The notes under the pieces: model-generated
Seen by the model: the letters and a program-made list of their open reading frames with translations, nothing else
Told to the model about the DNA's origin: nothing
Databases searched by the model: none
Program-made: the position numbers and the translations under genes
NCBI RefSeq assembly: GCF_965200135.1
Contig: NZ_CBDATK010000007.1
Location: 244,659 to 308,658 of the forward strand
Origin: Sphingomonas sp.
Lineage (GTDB): Bacteria; Pseudomonadota; Alphaproteobacteria; Sphingomonadales; Sphingomonadaceae
Reading direction: 5' to 3'
Length of the DNA: 64,000 nt
Shown here: positions 21,367-31,013 of the stretch, piece by piece
How the letters are laid out: every line of letters begins with the position of its first letter
Numbering within the stretch: the first letter of the stretch is position 1

Positions 21367-22365
21367 ATGGCGCGTCTCGGCGACTGGCTCGAACCTCATC
21401 CGCACGGCATCTACGTCCGCCCCGCCGACGCCTGGATCGACCCGTCCGAGCCGACCGCGCGCGCGCTGGTGACGCACGGCCATGCCGACCATGCGCGCGG
21501 CGGTCATCGCGAGGTGTGGGCGACGCCCGAGACGCTGGCGATCATGGCCGCGCGCTACGGCGAGCAGACCGGGCGTCCGGTCGCCTATGGCGAGACGATC
21601 CGTCTGGGAGAAGTCGACATCGGCTTCGTCCCCGCCGGCCATGTGCTCGGCTCCGCGCAGATCGTGCTCGACCACCGCGGCGAGCGCGTCGTCGTGTCGG
21701 GGGACTACAAGCGCCGCGCCGACCCGACCTGCCTGCCGTTCGAGCCGGTCAGGTGCGATGTGTTCGTGACGGAGGCTACCTTCGCGCTGCCGGTGTTCCG
21801 CCATCCCGACACCGGCGACGAGATCGACAAGCTGATCGCCGCGCTCCACGCCAACCCCGACCGCTGCGTGCTGGTCGGCGCCTATGCGCTGGGCAAGGCG
21901 CAGCGCGTCATCGCCGAGTTGCGCGAGCGCGGGCACATGGCGCCGATCTATATCCACGGCGCACTCACCCGGCTGTGCGAGTTGTACGAGGATCACGGCG
22001 TGCGGCTGGGCGAGCTGTTGCCCGCCACGGGCGCGCCGAAAAAGGAGGTGGCGGGCCATGTCGTGCTCTGCCCGCCCGGCGCGCTCAACGACCGCTGGTC
22101 CCGGCGCCTGCCCGACCCGATCACCGCAATGGCGAGCGGCTGGATGCGGATTCGCCAGCGAGCGCGGCAGAAGAACGTCGAGCTGCCGCTGATCCTGTCC
22201 GATCACGCCGACTGGGACGAGCTGACCGACACGCTGACCGAGATCGCGCCAAAGGAGGTGTGGGTCACGCACGGGCGCGAGGAGGCGCTGGTCCACTGGT
22301 GCGCGATGCGCCAGATGAAGGCGAAACCGCTGCATCTGGCGGGGTTCGAGGACGAGGATGATTAG
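21367..22365 (+). CDS. ligase-associated DNA damage response exonuclease (MBL / beta-CASP)
   Basis: Internal ATG (MARLGDWLEPH). Contains HxHxDH (VTHGHADHARG) and the C-terminal SDHADWDEL typical of beta-CASP nucleases. Confidence 0.85.
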   Translation: MARLGDWLEPHPHGIYVRPADAWIDPSEPTARALVTHGHADHARGGHREVWATPETLAIMAARYGEQTGRPVAYGETIRLGEVDIGFVPAGHVLGSAQIVLDHRGERVVVSGDYKRRADPTCLPFEPVRCDVFVTEATFALPVFRHPDTGDEIDKLIAALHANPDRCVLVGAYALGKAQRVIAELRERGHMAPIYIHGALTRLCELYEDHGVRLGELLPATGAPKKEVAGHVVLCPPGALNDRWSRRLPDPITAMASGWMRIRQRARQKNVELPLILSDHADWDELTDTLTEIAPKEVWVTHGREEALVHWCAMRQMKAKPLHLAGFEDEDD

Positions 22366-22437
22366 CGACCAGACCGCCGCAAAACGGTTGACGCCGAAAT
22401 CTGCCACAGCGCCATACAAGCGGTACGGAGCATTGTT

Positions 22438-22611
22438 ATGACTGACGAGATCAAGCGCCTCATCGAGCGCGCGGCCAGCGTGCCTATGTCTGCCGCCGAC
22501 AAGGAGGAGCAGCGGCGAAGCTTCGCATACGGCAACGCGCATATCGAGAACGAGCGCGTCACGCGCGCAATGATCGACGCGGCAGCCGACAAGGCGACAA
22601 CGCGGACGTGA
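22438..22611 (+). CDS. small protein (57 aa), possible VbhA-like Fic antitoxin
   Basis: ATG preceded by GGAG. MTDEIKRLIERAASVPMSAADKEEQRRSFAYGNAHIENERVTRAMIDAAADKATTRT. Its stop overlaps the Fic GTG (GTGA). NAHIEN is a near-match to the (S/T)xxxE(G/N) inhibitory motif. Confidence 0.45.
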   Translation: MTDEIKRLIERAASVPMSAADKEEQRRSFAYGNAHIENERVTRAMIDAAADKATTRT

Positions 22612-23294
22612 GTGACGAAGGTGACAGCGATGCAGACGCCCCGTCGCTTATCGTCGACGAGCAGGAGCGAGCCGAACGCGAGGCGGCCAACGCAGTCGCG
22701 CAGTTCGACCGGGTACTGGACCTCATCGACGACGTGGAGCGTGGGGGGTCAATCGTTCCGGCTGCGTGTCTCGATCATCCAGCAGCTTCATCGCCTCGCC
22801 TTGGAGGGGCTGTCGGCTTATACGGGAAACTGGCGCCCCGGCGACATCAGGATCGGCAAGAGCAGCCATAATCCGCCCGGAGCGTATCTGGTAGCAGGGT
22901 TGATGGAGGAGATGTGTGACTGGGTGAACGACCGATGGTCACATGCGTCGCCGATCACACTGTGCTCGTACGTGATGTGGCGCCTGAACTGGATCCATCC
23001 TTTTAACGATGGCAACGGCCGGACATCGCGCGCGGTAGCATACCTCGTCCTGCCTGCCGCTGCGGGGCACCGCTTTCCCAGCCGCGTGACATCCCCGAAC
23101 TGATCGCACGCAACAAGACACCCTATTATGATGCGTTGGAGAGTATCGACGAGTCGGCCAAGCAAGGTGATCCTGACCTGTTACCGATGAAGGAGCTATT
23201 GGAGAGCTATCTGGCCAAGCAGCTGGCAGGTGTTTTCGACGCTGCCAGCCAACAGCCTGGGTCCACGCCCGACGACGCCCGCATTCTGCATTGA
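22608..23294 (+). pseudogene. Fic family protein, disrupted by two frameshifts
   Basis: The N-terminus is in the frame of 22608. The core with HPFNDGNGRTSR is in the frame of 22612 (shift at the G6 run 22743-22748). The C-terminus IPELIARNKTPYYDALESID is back in the first frame (shift near 23086-23090). Stop at 23292-23294. Confidence 0.75.
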
Positions 23295-23310
23295 TCGCGC
23301 AACGTTAAGG

Positions 23311-24750
23311 CTACGCCCGCTCCAGCGCCTTCGCCCGCCGCCGCTGCACCGAGCTGCCGATGCCCATCGCCTCGCGGTATTTCGCCACCGTGCGGCGCGC
23401 GATGTCGAAGCCCTTGGCGTTGAGCAGGTCGACCAGCGTATCGTCGGACAGCACCTGATCGCCCTCCCCCGCGATCAGCGCCTTCAGCGCCGCGCGGACC
23501 GCCGCCGCCGACACCGCCTCGCCGCCGTCCGCCGCCTGGATCGCGCTGGTGAAGAAGTATTTCAGCTCGAACAGTCCGCGCGCACAATGGAGATATTTGT
23601 TCGACGTCACGCGGCTGACGGTCGATTCGTGCATCTCGATCGCGTCGGCGATGCGCGCCAGCGTCAGCGGCTTCAGGTGCGAGACGCCATGAAGGAAGAA
23701 CGCCTCCTGCTGCCGGACGATCTCGGTCGCGACCTTGACGATCGTGCGCTGGCGCTGGTCCAGCGCCTTGACCAGCCAGTTGGCGCTGGCGAGCATATCG
23801 CCCAGCCACGCCTTCGACGCCTTGTCCTGCGCGCCCGACGCGAGCTGCGCGTGATAGCGGCGGTTGACCAGCACGCGCGGCAGCGTCGCGGCGTTGAGTT
23901 CGATCGTCCAGCCGTCGCGGCTGCGCGTCACGAACAGGTCGGGGACGACCGCCTGCACCGGGTCGCCGCCATAGCGGCAGCCGGGCTTGGGGTCATAGCC
24001 GCGCAGTTCGCGGATCATGTCCGCCATGTCCTCGTCGTCGACGCCGCACATCCGTTGCAGCCGCTTCACCTCGCCGCGCCCGAGCAGGTCGAGATTGTCG
24101 ATCAACCGCGCCATGCACGGATCGTAGCGATCGGCCTCGCGTGCCTGCAACGCCAGACACTCCGCCAGGTCACGCGCACCGACGCCGGTCGGGTCGAAGG
24201 TCTGGATAGTGACGAGGACCGCCTCGACCCGCGCCAGCGGCACCCCGAGCCGCGTCGCCATGTCGAGCAGCGAGGCACGGAGATAACCGGCCTCGTCGAT
24301 CTGGTCGATCAGCGCCTCGGCGATCCCGAGGTCGGTCGCCGCCACCGCCGTTCCAGCCTGCGCGCGGAGATGATCATGGAGGCTTTCGGGCGGCGCGCCG
24401 AGCGTGTCCAGGTCGGGCAGCTCCTCGCCGGCCGCGCCCGCGCCGACGGGGCCGGTCGACAGCGCCGCCTCGCTGGGTCCGTCGTCGAAGCGCTCGGCGG
24501 CGACGTCGACATCCAGCGCGCCCTCGCCCGCCGCGCTGTCCGCCTCGACGGGCGCGGCCTCGACCGGCTCGGGGGTGGAACGCCCGCTCGTCTGGTCGGC
24601 GGCGAGCAGCGGGTTGCGCTCGACTTCTTCGGCGATGAACGCCTCGATTTCCAGGTTCGACAGCGTCAGCAGCTTGATCGCCTGCTGCAATTGTGGCGTC
24701 ATCACCAGCGACTGCGACTGGCGAAGCTGGAGCGAGGGGGCGAGGCTCAT
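23311..24750 (-). CDS. rpoN: RNA polymerase sigma-54 factor
   Basis: 479 aa. N-terminal LQLRQSQSLVMTPQLQQAIKLL and C-terminal RpoN box ARRTVAKYR. Confidence 0.95.
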   Translation of the reverse strand: MSLAPSLQLRQSQSLVMTPQLQQAIKLLTLSNLEIEAFIAEEVERNPLLAADQTSGRSTPEPVEAAPVEADSAAGEGALDVDVAAERFDDGPSEAALSTGPVGAGAAGEELPDLDTLGAPPESLHDHLRAQAGTAVAATDLGIAEALIDQIDEAGYLRASLLDMATRLGVPLARVEAVLVTIQTFDPTGVGARDLAECLALQAREADRYDPCMARLIDNLDLLGRGEVKRLQRMCGVDDEDMADMIRELRGYDPKPGCRYGGDPVQAVVPDLFVTRSRDGWTIELNAATLPRVLVNRRYHAQLASGAQDKASKAWLGDMLASANWLVKALDQRQRTIVKVATEIVRQQEAFFLHGVSHLKPLTLARIADAIEMHESTVSRVTSNKYLHCARGLFELKYFFTSAIQAADGGEAVSAAAVRAALKALIAGEGDQVLSDDTLVDLLNAKGFDIARRTVAKYREAMGIGSSVQRRRAKALERA

Positions 24751-24767
24751 CGGCGCACGCGCATGGC

Positions 24768-25562
24768 CTAAAGCTCGAAGCTTTCGCCGAGGTACAGCCG
24801 CCGCACGTTGGCGTCCGCCACCAGCGCTTCCGGCGAGCCGCTGAACAGCACGCGGCCGTCGTAGATGATGTAGGCGCGGTCGACGATCTCCAGCGTCTCG
24901 CGGACGTTGTGGTCGGTGATGAGCACGCCGATGTCGCGGCGCTTCAGGTCCTTCACCAGATCGCGGATGTCGGCGATCGAGATCGGGTCGATGCCCGCGA
25001 ACGGCTCATCCAGCAGCATGATCGAGGGCTCCGCGGCCAGCGCGCGCGCGATCTCGGCCCGGCGCCGCTCGCCGCCCGACAGCGCCATCGCCGGCGCCGA
25101 CCGCAGTCGCGTCAGCCCGAACTCGTCAAGCAGCGTGTCGAGCTTCTGCTGGCGCACCGCCTTGTTCGGCTCCGATAGCTCCAGCACCGTCAGGATGTTC
25201 TTCTCGATCGACAGGCCGCGAAAGATCGAGGTCTCCTGCGGCAGATAGCCGAGCCCCAGGATCGCGCGGCGGTACATCGGCAGGCCGGTGATGTCGTCGC
25301 CGTCGAGCATGATGCGGCCCGAATCGGGCTTCACCAGCCCCATCACCGAATAGAAGCACGTCGTCTTGCCCGCACCGTTGGGTCCGAGCAGCCCGATCAC
25401 CTCGCCACGGCCGACCGACACCGACACGTCGGTCAGCACCGATCGCTTGTCGTAGCTCTTGGCGATCGACACGACCTGCAGCCCGCGGTCGACGGGCGCC
25501 TCCTCCAGCGGGGCGTTCAGCGTGTCGGTGACGGCGTCCATCGGCAAGCGGCCTCGCAGCAA
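24768..25562 (-). CDS. lptB: LPS export ABC transporter ATP-binding protein
   Basis: GPNGAGKTT, LSGGERRR and LLDEPFAGID motifs. Sits between lptA and rpoN. TTG at 25562, or ATG at 25541. Confidence 0.9.
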   Translation of the reverse strand: MLRGRLPMDAVTDTLNAPLEEAPVDRGLQVVSIAKSYDKRSVLTDVSVSVGRGEVIGLLGPNGAGKTTCFYSVMGLVKPDSGRIMLDGDDITGLPMYRRAILGLGYLPQETSIFRGLSIEKNILTVLELSEPNKAVRQQKLDTLLDEFGLTRLRSAPAMALSGGERRRAEIARALAAEPSIMLLDEPFAGIDPISIADIRDLVKDLKRRDIGVLITDHNVRETLEIVDRAYIIYDGRVLFSGSPEALVADANVRRLYLGESFEL

Positions 25563-25634
25563 AGTGGTTAACGGTTCGCTACCGCCGACCTTGATGGCAG
25601 GATTCGTGCATGAGATCGGCGCCCGGCGCCAGCC

Positions 25635-26159
25635 CTACCGCCGATCGGGAACCGAGAAGGTGCCGGTGACGCGGCCACCGCGCGTGGTCGTGGCGCCGGA
25701 CGGTGCACCCGCGCTGCCGGTCGACGAACCGTCGATCACCGCGCGCCCGGTATCGAGGTTGATCGTCAGCCGCCCGCCGTTGATCGTATTGCCGCCTTGC
25801 GTCAGCGTCACCGCGCCCAGCATGGTGATGACCCGCTTGTTGAGGTCGTAGATCGCATAGCTGGACCGCGCAGTCTGGTCGGGCCGGCGCACCGTGACGC
25901 CGCCGCTGGCGTCCAGCCGCGAGACCTGCGGGTTCCCGCCGACCACCTGCCCGGTATAGGCGACGGTCATCCGCGCGGCGGTGAGGTTCATCTCCGACTG
26001 CTTCACCGAGACGTTGCCCGACAACAACGCCCGGTTCGCCTTGTCCTGCAACTCGATATGGTCGGCGCCGAAATCGATCGGCGCGTTGGTGTTGTGGCCG
26101 CGCTGGGCCAGCGCGGGGCCGGCGACGGCGAGAACGAACAGGAGCGGAAGAACGCGCAT
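25635..26159 (-). CDS. lptA: LPS transport periplasmic protein (OstA-like)
   Basis: 174 aa with a signal peptide. OstA-type beta-jellyroll repeats (ADHIELQDKANRALLSGNV...). Its position in the lpt cluster supports the call. Confidence 0.75.
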   Translation of the reverse strand: MRVLPLLFVLAVAGPALAQRGHNTNAPIDFGADHIELQDKANRALLSGNVSVKQSEMNLTAARMTVAYTGQVVGGNPQVSRLDASGGVTVRRPDQTARSSYAIYDLNKRVITMLGAVTLTQGGNTINGGRLTINLDTGRAVIDGSSTGSAGAPSGATTTRGGRVTGTFSVPDRR

Positions 26160-26165
26160 GGCCGG

Positions 26166-26822
26166 TTACTTCGGACCTCGTGGCTGGATACGCAAGCGGG
26201 CATTGCCGTCGAGCGTCACCGTGCGCCCGGACAGATCGGCGTGCAGGCGATTGGCGGAGAAGGTCCCCTGCCGAACCGTGCCCGTCACCACGCCCCCGCT
26301 CTGCAATCGCCGCGCCTTCAGGTCCAGCGTCGCATCCGACGTGTCGAGCGCATAGCCGTCGGCGGCGCGGAACTGGATAGGGCCGTCGACATGCACCTGC
26401 TCGCTGTCCATGTCGTAGCGCCCGCGGTCGGCGTGGAGCCGCGCGGGGCCATCGGGCAGTTGCAGCCCCGCGTCGAGCCGGGTCAGTTCCACCACCGGCT
26501 GCGCCGAGGTGCGCTGGACCGCGGACCCCGCGTTCAGCGTGAACGCCTGACCCTTGGCGTCCTGCCCGCGATATTGCGCGGCCTGGATCTTCAGCCGCTC
26601 GTGCGCGACCGCGACCTTGTTCTTGTCGAGCACGAACGACACGTCGCCCGACTGATAGATCGGCGCCATCACCAGGAACGCCGCCAGCACGCCGACCCCG
26701 ACCGGCAGCGCCACCGACAGCGTCGCGATCAGCCGGTCGTGGCTGCTGCCGGGCGCGGCCCACCGCTCGCGCGCGCTGCGCTCCCGCCTGGCCGCGTTCG
26801 AGACCGGCAGCACCTCAAGCAT
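26166..26822 (-). CDS. lptC: LPS export system protein LptC
   Basis: Single N-terminal TM helix followed by a beta-rich domain. Called by position upstream of lptA. Start uncertain (26822 or 26861). Confidence 0.6.
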   Translation of the reverse strand: MLEVLPVSNAARRERSARERWAAPGSSHDRLIATLSVALPVGVGVLAAFLVMAPIYQSGDVSFVLDKNKVAVAHERLKIQAAQYRGQDAKGQAFTLNAGSAVQRTSAQPVVELTRLDAGLQLPDGPARLHADRGRYDMDSEQVHVDGPIQFRAADGYALDTSDATLDLKARRLQSGGVVTGTVRQGTFSANRLHADLSGRTVTLDGNARLRIQPRGPK

Positions 26823-27438
26823 GCGCGAAGATATCGATCTCGGGCCAGCCGGCCAAGTCAAGCGCCGCGCGCGTCGGCAGGAAGTCGAAGCACGCCTGCG
26901 CTAGCGCCATCCGCCCCTCGCGCACCAATCGCCGCTCCAGCTCCGCCTTCAATCGGTGAAGGAAGCGCACGTCGGACGCGGCGTAATCCTTTTGCGCGTC
27001 CGACAGCTCCGGCCCGCCCCAGTCGGACGACTGCTGCTGTTTCGACAGGTCCTGCCCTAGCAGTTCCTTGACCAGCTCCTTCAGCCCGTGCCGATCGGTG
27101 TAGGTACGGATCAGCCGCGACGCGATCTTGGTATCCCAGGCGGGCGCGGCGACGATGCCGAGGTAATGCCCGAGCGCCGCGATGTCGAAGCGGCCGAAAT
27201 GATAGAGCTTCAGCCGGGCCGGATCGCCGAGCAGCGCCTTCAGATTGGGCGCGGCATAGTCGCTGCCGGGGCCGAAGCGGACCAGATGCTCTTCCGCCCC
27301 GCCGTCCGACAACTGCACCACGCACAGCCGGTCGCGCGGGGTGATGAGCCCCATCGTCTCCGTATCGACGGCGATCGCGGCGCCCGGAGCGAACAGGTCG
27401 CCGGCGGGCAGGTCTTCCTCGTGCAGGTGAACGGTCAT
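26815..27438 (-). CDS. 3'-5' exonuclease (short RNase D-like, DEDD family)
   Basis: AIAVDTETMGL, LYHFGRFD and YAASDVRFL motifs. Confidence 0.75.
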   Translation of the reverse strand: MTVHLHEEDLPAGDLFAPGAAIAVDTETMGLITPRDRLCVVQLSDGGAEEHLVRFGPGSDYAAPNLKALLGDPARLKLYHFGRFDIAALGHYLGIVAAPAWDTKIASRLIRTYTDRHGLKELVKELLGQDLSKQQQSSDWGGPELSDAQKDYAASDVRFLHRLKAELERRLVREGRMALAQACFDFLPTRAALDLAGWPEIDIFAHA

Positions 27439-27478
27439 CGACGCTGCCCTAGCCGCGCCGCCCGGCGATGCAAACCGC

Positions 27479-28249
27479 TCAGTGCGTCGCGTTGCGTCGC
27501 CGTGAGAACAGGTTCAGCCCTTCGACCAGCCCCGCGAAGCCCATCGCGGCGTAGATATACCCCTTGGGTACGTGCACGCCGAACCCGTCGGCGATCAGCA
27601 CCAGCCCGATCATCAGCAGGAACGCGAGCGCCAGCATCACCACCGATGGGTTCCTGGCGATGAAATTGCCCAGCGGATCGGCCGCGAGCAGCATCGCGCC
27701 GACCGCGATGACGACCGCGGCGATCATGATCGGCAGGTGATCGGTCATGCCGACCGCGGTCAGGATCGAATCGATCGAGAAGACGAGGTCCAGCGCCAGG
27801 ATCTGCGCGATCGCCGAACCGATCGAGGGCGCGGGCCGCTCGGTCTTCTCCGCGCCGTCGCCGTGATCGTCCATGGTATGGCCGATCTCGGTGGTCGCCT
27901 TCCACAACAGGAACAGCCCGCCCGCGATCAGGATCAGGTCGCGCCACGAAAAAGCGGTCTCGAACGTCGGCTCGCCATGCGCGCCCGGTGCGCCGCGCAG
28001 CCCCAGGTCGATCACCGGCGCGGTCAGCCCGACCAGCCACGCGATCGCCGACAGCAGGAGCAGCCGCATCCCCAGCGCCAACCCGATGCCCAGCCGCCGT
28101 ACCCGCTGCCGATCCGCTTCCGGCAGGCGGTTGGACAGGAGCGAGATGAAGACCAGATTGTCAATGCCGAGTACGATCTCCAGCACCACCAGGGTGAGCA
28201 GCGCGGCCCAGGCGGACGGGTCGGTCGCGAGCGTGAAAATGTCGGACAT
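27479..28249 (-). CDS. TerC family integral membrane protein
   Basis: Internal Met start [36 protein letters not shown] second DS(I)LTAVG repeat is typical of TerC. Confidence 0.8.
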   Translation of the reverse strand: MSDIFTLATDPSAWAALLTLVVLEIVLGIDNLVFISLLSNRLPEADRQRVRRLGIGLALGMRLLLLSAIAWLVGLTAPVIDLGLRGAPGAHGEPTFETAFSWRDLILIAGGLFLLWKATTEIGHTMDDHGDGAEKTERPAPSIGSAIAQILALDLVFSIDSILTAVGMTDHLPIMIAAVVIAVGAMLLAADPLGNFIARNPSVVMLALAFLLMIGLVLIADGFGVHVPKGYIYAAMGFAGLVEGLNLFSRRRNATH

Positions 28250-28445
28250 GCCCCAGTCCTGTGCCGTTCCTGCCACAATTACGCAAGGAAGCGCACCGGA
28301 GGACGACGAATCGCCTCGCGCGTGCTTGCGAAATGGGTTATGGACTGTTCGAGGCGCCAAAGATTTTTGCGCGTTCGGCCGGTTGCGTTCGTCGTCCGAC
28401 GTCCGGTTTTGTTGAAGAGGACGAGTCGGGAAGACGAACAGGGTT

Positions 28446-29315
28446 ATGGGTTACGACAAGGGTGGCCGCGGCAATCGTGGCGGACGCGGGCGCGACAAGC
28501 GCGACGATTTCGGCGGCGGCAGCAGTGATTTCGGCGGCGGTGGCGGCGGCGACTTCGGTGGCGGTAGCAGCTTCGGCGGCGGCGGTTTCGGCGGCGGTGG
28601 CAGCAGCTTCGGCGGCGGCGGCGGTGGGTTCCGTGGCGGCGGCGGTGGTGGCTTCGGCGGCGGTAGCGGTGGCGGCGGTGGGTTCCGCGGCGGCGGCGGT
28701 GGCGGCTTCGGTGGCGGCGGCGGCGGTGGGAACCGCATGCCCCCGCAGGTCGTCGGCGAGGGCACCGGCGTGGTCAAGTTCTTCAACGGTCAAAAGGGCT
28801 TCGGCTTCGTCGTCCGTGACGATGGCGGCGAGGACGTGTTCGTCCACATCTCCGCGGTCGAGCAGGCGGGCCTGTCCGGCTTGGCCGAGGGTCAGCCGCT
28901 CGGCTTCACCCTGGTCGATCGTGGTGGCCGCATCTCCGCGACCGACCTCAAGATCGACGGCGAGCCGATGGCCGTTACCGATCGCGCGCCCCCGCGTGAG
29001 CCCCGCGACAGCGGCGGCTTCGGCGACCGTGGTCCGCGTCAGGGCGGCGGTGGCTTCGGCGGTGGCGACCGCGGCGGCGCGCCGCAGCGCGAGCTGACCG
29101 GCGAAAAGGCGACGGGCACCGTCAAGTTCTTCAACGCCATGAAGGGCTTCGGCTTCATCCAGCGCGACGACGGCCAGCCGGATGCGTTCGTCCACATCTC
29201 CGCCGTCGAGCGCGCGGGCATGCCGACGCTCAACGAGGGCGACAAGCTCCAGTTCGAGCTGGAGGTCGACCGTCGCGGCAAGCATGCGGCGGTGAACCTC
29301 GCCCCGCTGGGCTGA
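28446..29315 (+). CDS. cold-shock-domain protein with two CSDs and a glycine-rich (RGG/FGG) N-terminal region
   Basis: CSD1 is [32 protein letters not shown]2 is [29 protein letters not shown]. The first ~97 aa are almost only G, F, R, S and D. Confidence 0.85.
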   Translation: MGYDKGGRGNRGGRGRDKRDDFGGGSSDFGGGGGGDFGGGSSFGGGGFGGGGSSFGGGGGGFRGGGGGGFGGGSGGGGGFRGGGGGGFGGGGGGGNRMPPQVVGEGTGVVKFFNGQKGFGFVVRDDGGEDVFVHISAVEQAGLSGLAEGQPLGFTLVDRGGRISATDLKIDGEPMAVTDRAPPREPRDSGGFGDRGPRQGGGGFGGGDRGGAPQRELTGEKATGTVKFFNAMKGFGFIQRDDGQPDAFVHISAVERAGMPTLNEGDKLQFELEVDRRGKHAAVNLAPLG

Positions 29316-29342
29316 GCCAGCTCATACCCGTCTGAAAGATGT

Positions 29343-29378
29343 AAGCCCGTCCGGACCTTCCGGGCGGGCTTCTTCTTG
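29343..29378 (+). terminator. rho-independent terminator after the cold-shock gene
   Basis: 12-bp stem AAGCCCGTCCGG / CCGGGCGGGCTT (one G-U pair), loop ACCTT, followed by CTTCTTG. Confidence 0.6.
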
Positions 29379-29418
29379 CCCGCCGGATCGCGTTTGTCCG
29401 CCACCGCCTCCTCCGGCG

Positions 29419-30156
29419 TCACGCCTCGCCGTAACTCAGGTCGCGCAGGAGGGGCACCGCGGTCGTCGCGTCGACCTCAAGCGCCACCTCGACGTCCTCG
29501 CCATAGCCCCAGCCGATGAGTTCACGGCCGGACCTGCTCGCGCGCACCACGTCGCCCAGCTCCATTGCCGCCGCCCGATACGTCGCCGCCGCCAGCCCGG
29601 CTTCCGCGTCGGCGGTCGCGCGTGACCCCGCGACGATCGCACCCGCGCCGAGCCAATCCTCGATCGCCGGCCGCAGCGACTGATCCGGCCAGCGCTCGCC
29701 CGCCGCGATGACGACGATGTTGCCGTCGCCCGCGATCCGGTCCGCCATTGCGGCGACCGCCGATGCATTGCGAAGACAGCCCGCGATCGTCGGCACATCG
29801 CCGGTCGCGAGCGACAGGCGTGCGCCGTTCGGCGACGGCAGCAGCACCCGCGCGCCGGGTTCGAGCATCTTCAGGCTGACCGGCGACAGGCTGAGCTGCC
29901 CGCCACCCGCGCCGCGCGGCGATGCCGCCACCGCCCCACGCCGCGCCGCCTCGGCGGTCGCCGCCGCCGGATCACCATAGGGAAAGGGGATCACCGTCGC
30001 GCCTCGCTCCACCGCGACGCTGACCGCCGTCGAGAAGGAAAGCACGTCGACGATCACGAAGACGGCCGCCCGATTCCGCCATGCCTCGATCCCGGCCAGG
30101 CCCCATTCGCACGCGATCGTCGGCATCGGCCTCGTCATGCCAGCGCGGATCGGCAC
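29419..30156 (-). CDS. 2-phosphosulfolactate phosphatase (ComB-like) family protein
   Basis: VIVDVLSFSTAVSVAVERG block and matching size. Start uncertain (several Met near the N-terminus). Confidence 0.55.
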   Translation of the reverse strand: MPIRAGMTRPMPTIACEWGLAGIEAWRNRAAVFVIVDVLSFSTAVSVAVERGATVIPFPYGDPAAATAEAARRGAVAASPRGAGGGQLSLSPVSLKMLEPGARVLLPSPNGARLSLATGDVPTIAGCLRNASAVAAMADRIAGDGNIVVIAAGERWPDQSLRPAIEDWLGAGAIVAGSRATADAEAGLAAATYRAAAMELGDVVRASRSGRELIGWGYGEDVEVALEVDATTAVPLLRDLSYGEA

Positions 30157-30227
30157 AAGCCAAGGTAATCCGTGGAACGATCGCTAAGCGATGGCGCCGC
30201 CCCCGCCGGGGCGTGTAACGGGAGCGC

Positions 30228-31013
30228 GTGCGCGTGATTCTCTCCTTTGCCCTTCTCGCCGCCGCGCCTCAGGCAGCGCCCGCGCCCCAGACAGCGCCAG
30301 CGCCGACCTCGCCCATCCCCATCCTGACCGCCCGCATCGTCGCGCGCTTCCCACACGACACCAGCGCCTTCACCGAGGGGCTGCTATTCCACGACGGCGC
30401 GCTGTACGAGAGCACCGGGATGGAGGGCCGCTCCGACGTCCGGCGCGTCTCCCTCGCCGACGGCAAGGTCACCGCACGCGCGCGCATCCCCGCGAGCGAG
30501 TTCGGTGAGGGCCTCGCCGCCTGGGGCAGCGAGCTGGTCAGCCTTACCTGGCATGGCGGCGTCGCGCATCGCTGGGACATCCGTACGCTGAAGCCACGGG
30601 GCAACGGACGGTTCACCGGCGAAGGCTGGGGGCTGACCAGCGACGGCACGCAGCTGATCCAGTCGGACGGCACGCCGACGCTGCGCTTCCTCGATCCGCG
30701 CACGCTGGCGGTGCGCCGCACCGTATCGGTGACGCTGCGCGGCCGGCCGCTCGATCAGGTCAACGAGCTGGAATGGGTCGACGGCGCGCTGCTCGCCAAC
30801 GTCTGGCACACGCCGTATCTGGTCCGTATCGACGCCGCGAGCGGGCGCGTCACCGCCGTGATCGACCTGCGCGCGGTGGTGGCACAGGTCCGCGTCACCG
30901 ATCCGGAGGCGGTCGCCAACGGCATCGCCTGGGACGTCACGCACCGCCGCCTGTTCGTCACCGGCAAGCTCTGGCCCAGCGTCTTCCAGATCGCGCTCAC
31001 CCCAGCAGGATGA
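30228..31013 (+). CDS. glutaminyl-peptide cyclotransferase (beta-propeller, plant/bacterial type), secreted
   Basis: Signal peptide, then FTEGLLFHDGALYESTG, LTWHGG, GWGLTSDG and NELEWVDG propeller repeats. Confidence 0.8.
   Translation: MRVILSFALLAAAPQAAPAPQTAPAPTSPIPILTARIVARFPHDTSAFTEGLLFHDGALYESTGMEGRSDVRRVSLADGKVTARARIPASEFGEGLAAWGSELVSLTWHGGVAHRWDIRTLKPRGNGRFTGEGWGLTSDGTQLIQSDGTPTLRFLDPRTLAVRRTVSVTLRGRPLDQVNELEWVDGALLANVWHTPYLVRIDAASGRVTAVIDLRAVVAQVRVTDPEAVANGIAWDVTHRRLFVTGKLWPSVFQIALTPAG

Noticed and set aside
28500-28740. GGC/GGT-rich reiterated DNA that at first looks like a microsatellite or VNTR, or a CRISPR-like periodic region.
   Set aside because: It is in frame within the cold-shock ORF and encodes the Gly-rich N-terminus. 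There is no repeat-spacer architecture. It is reported as a protein feature instead.
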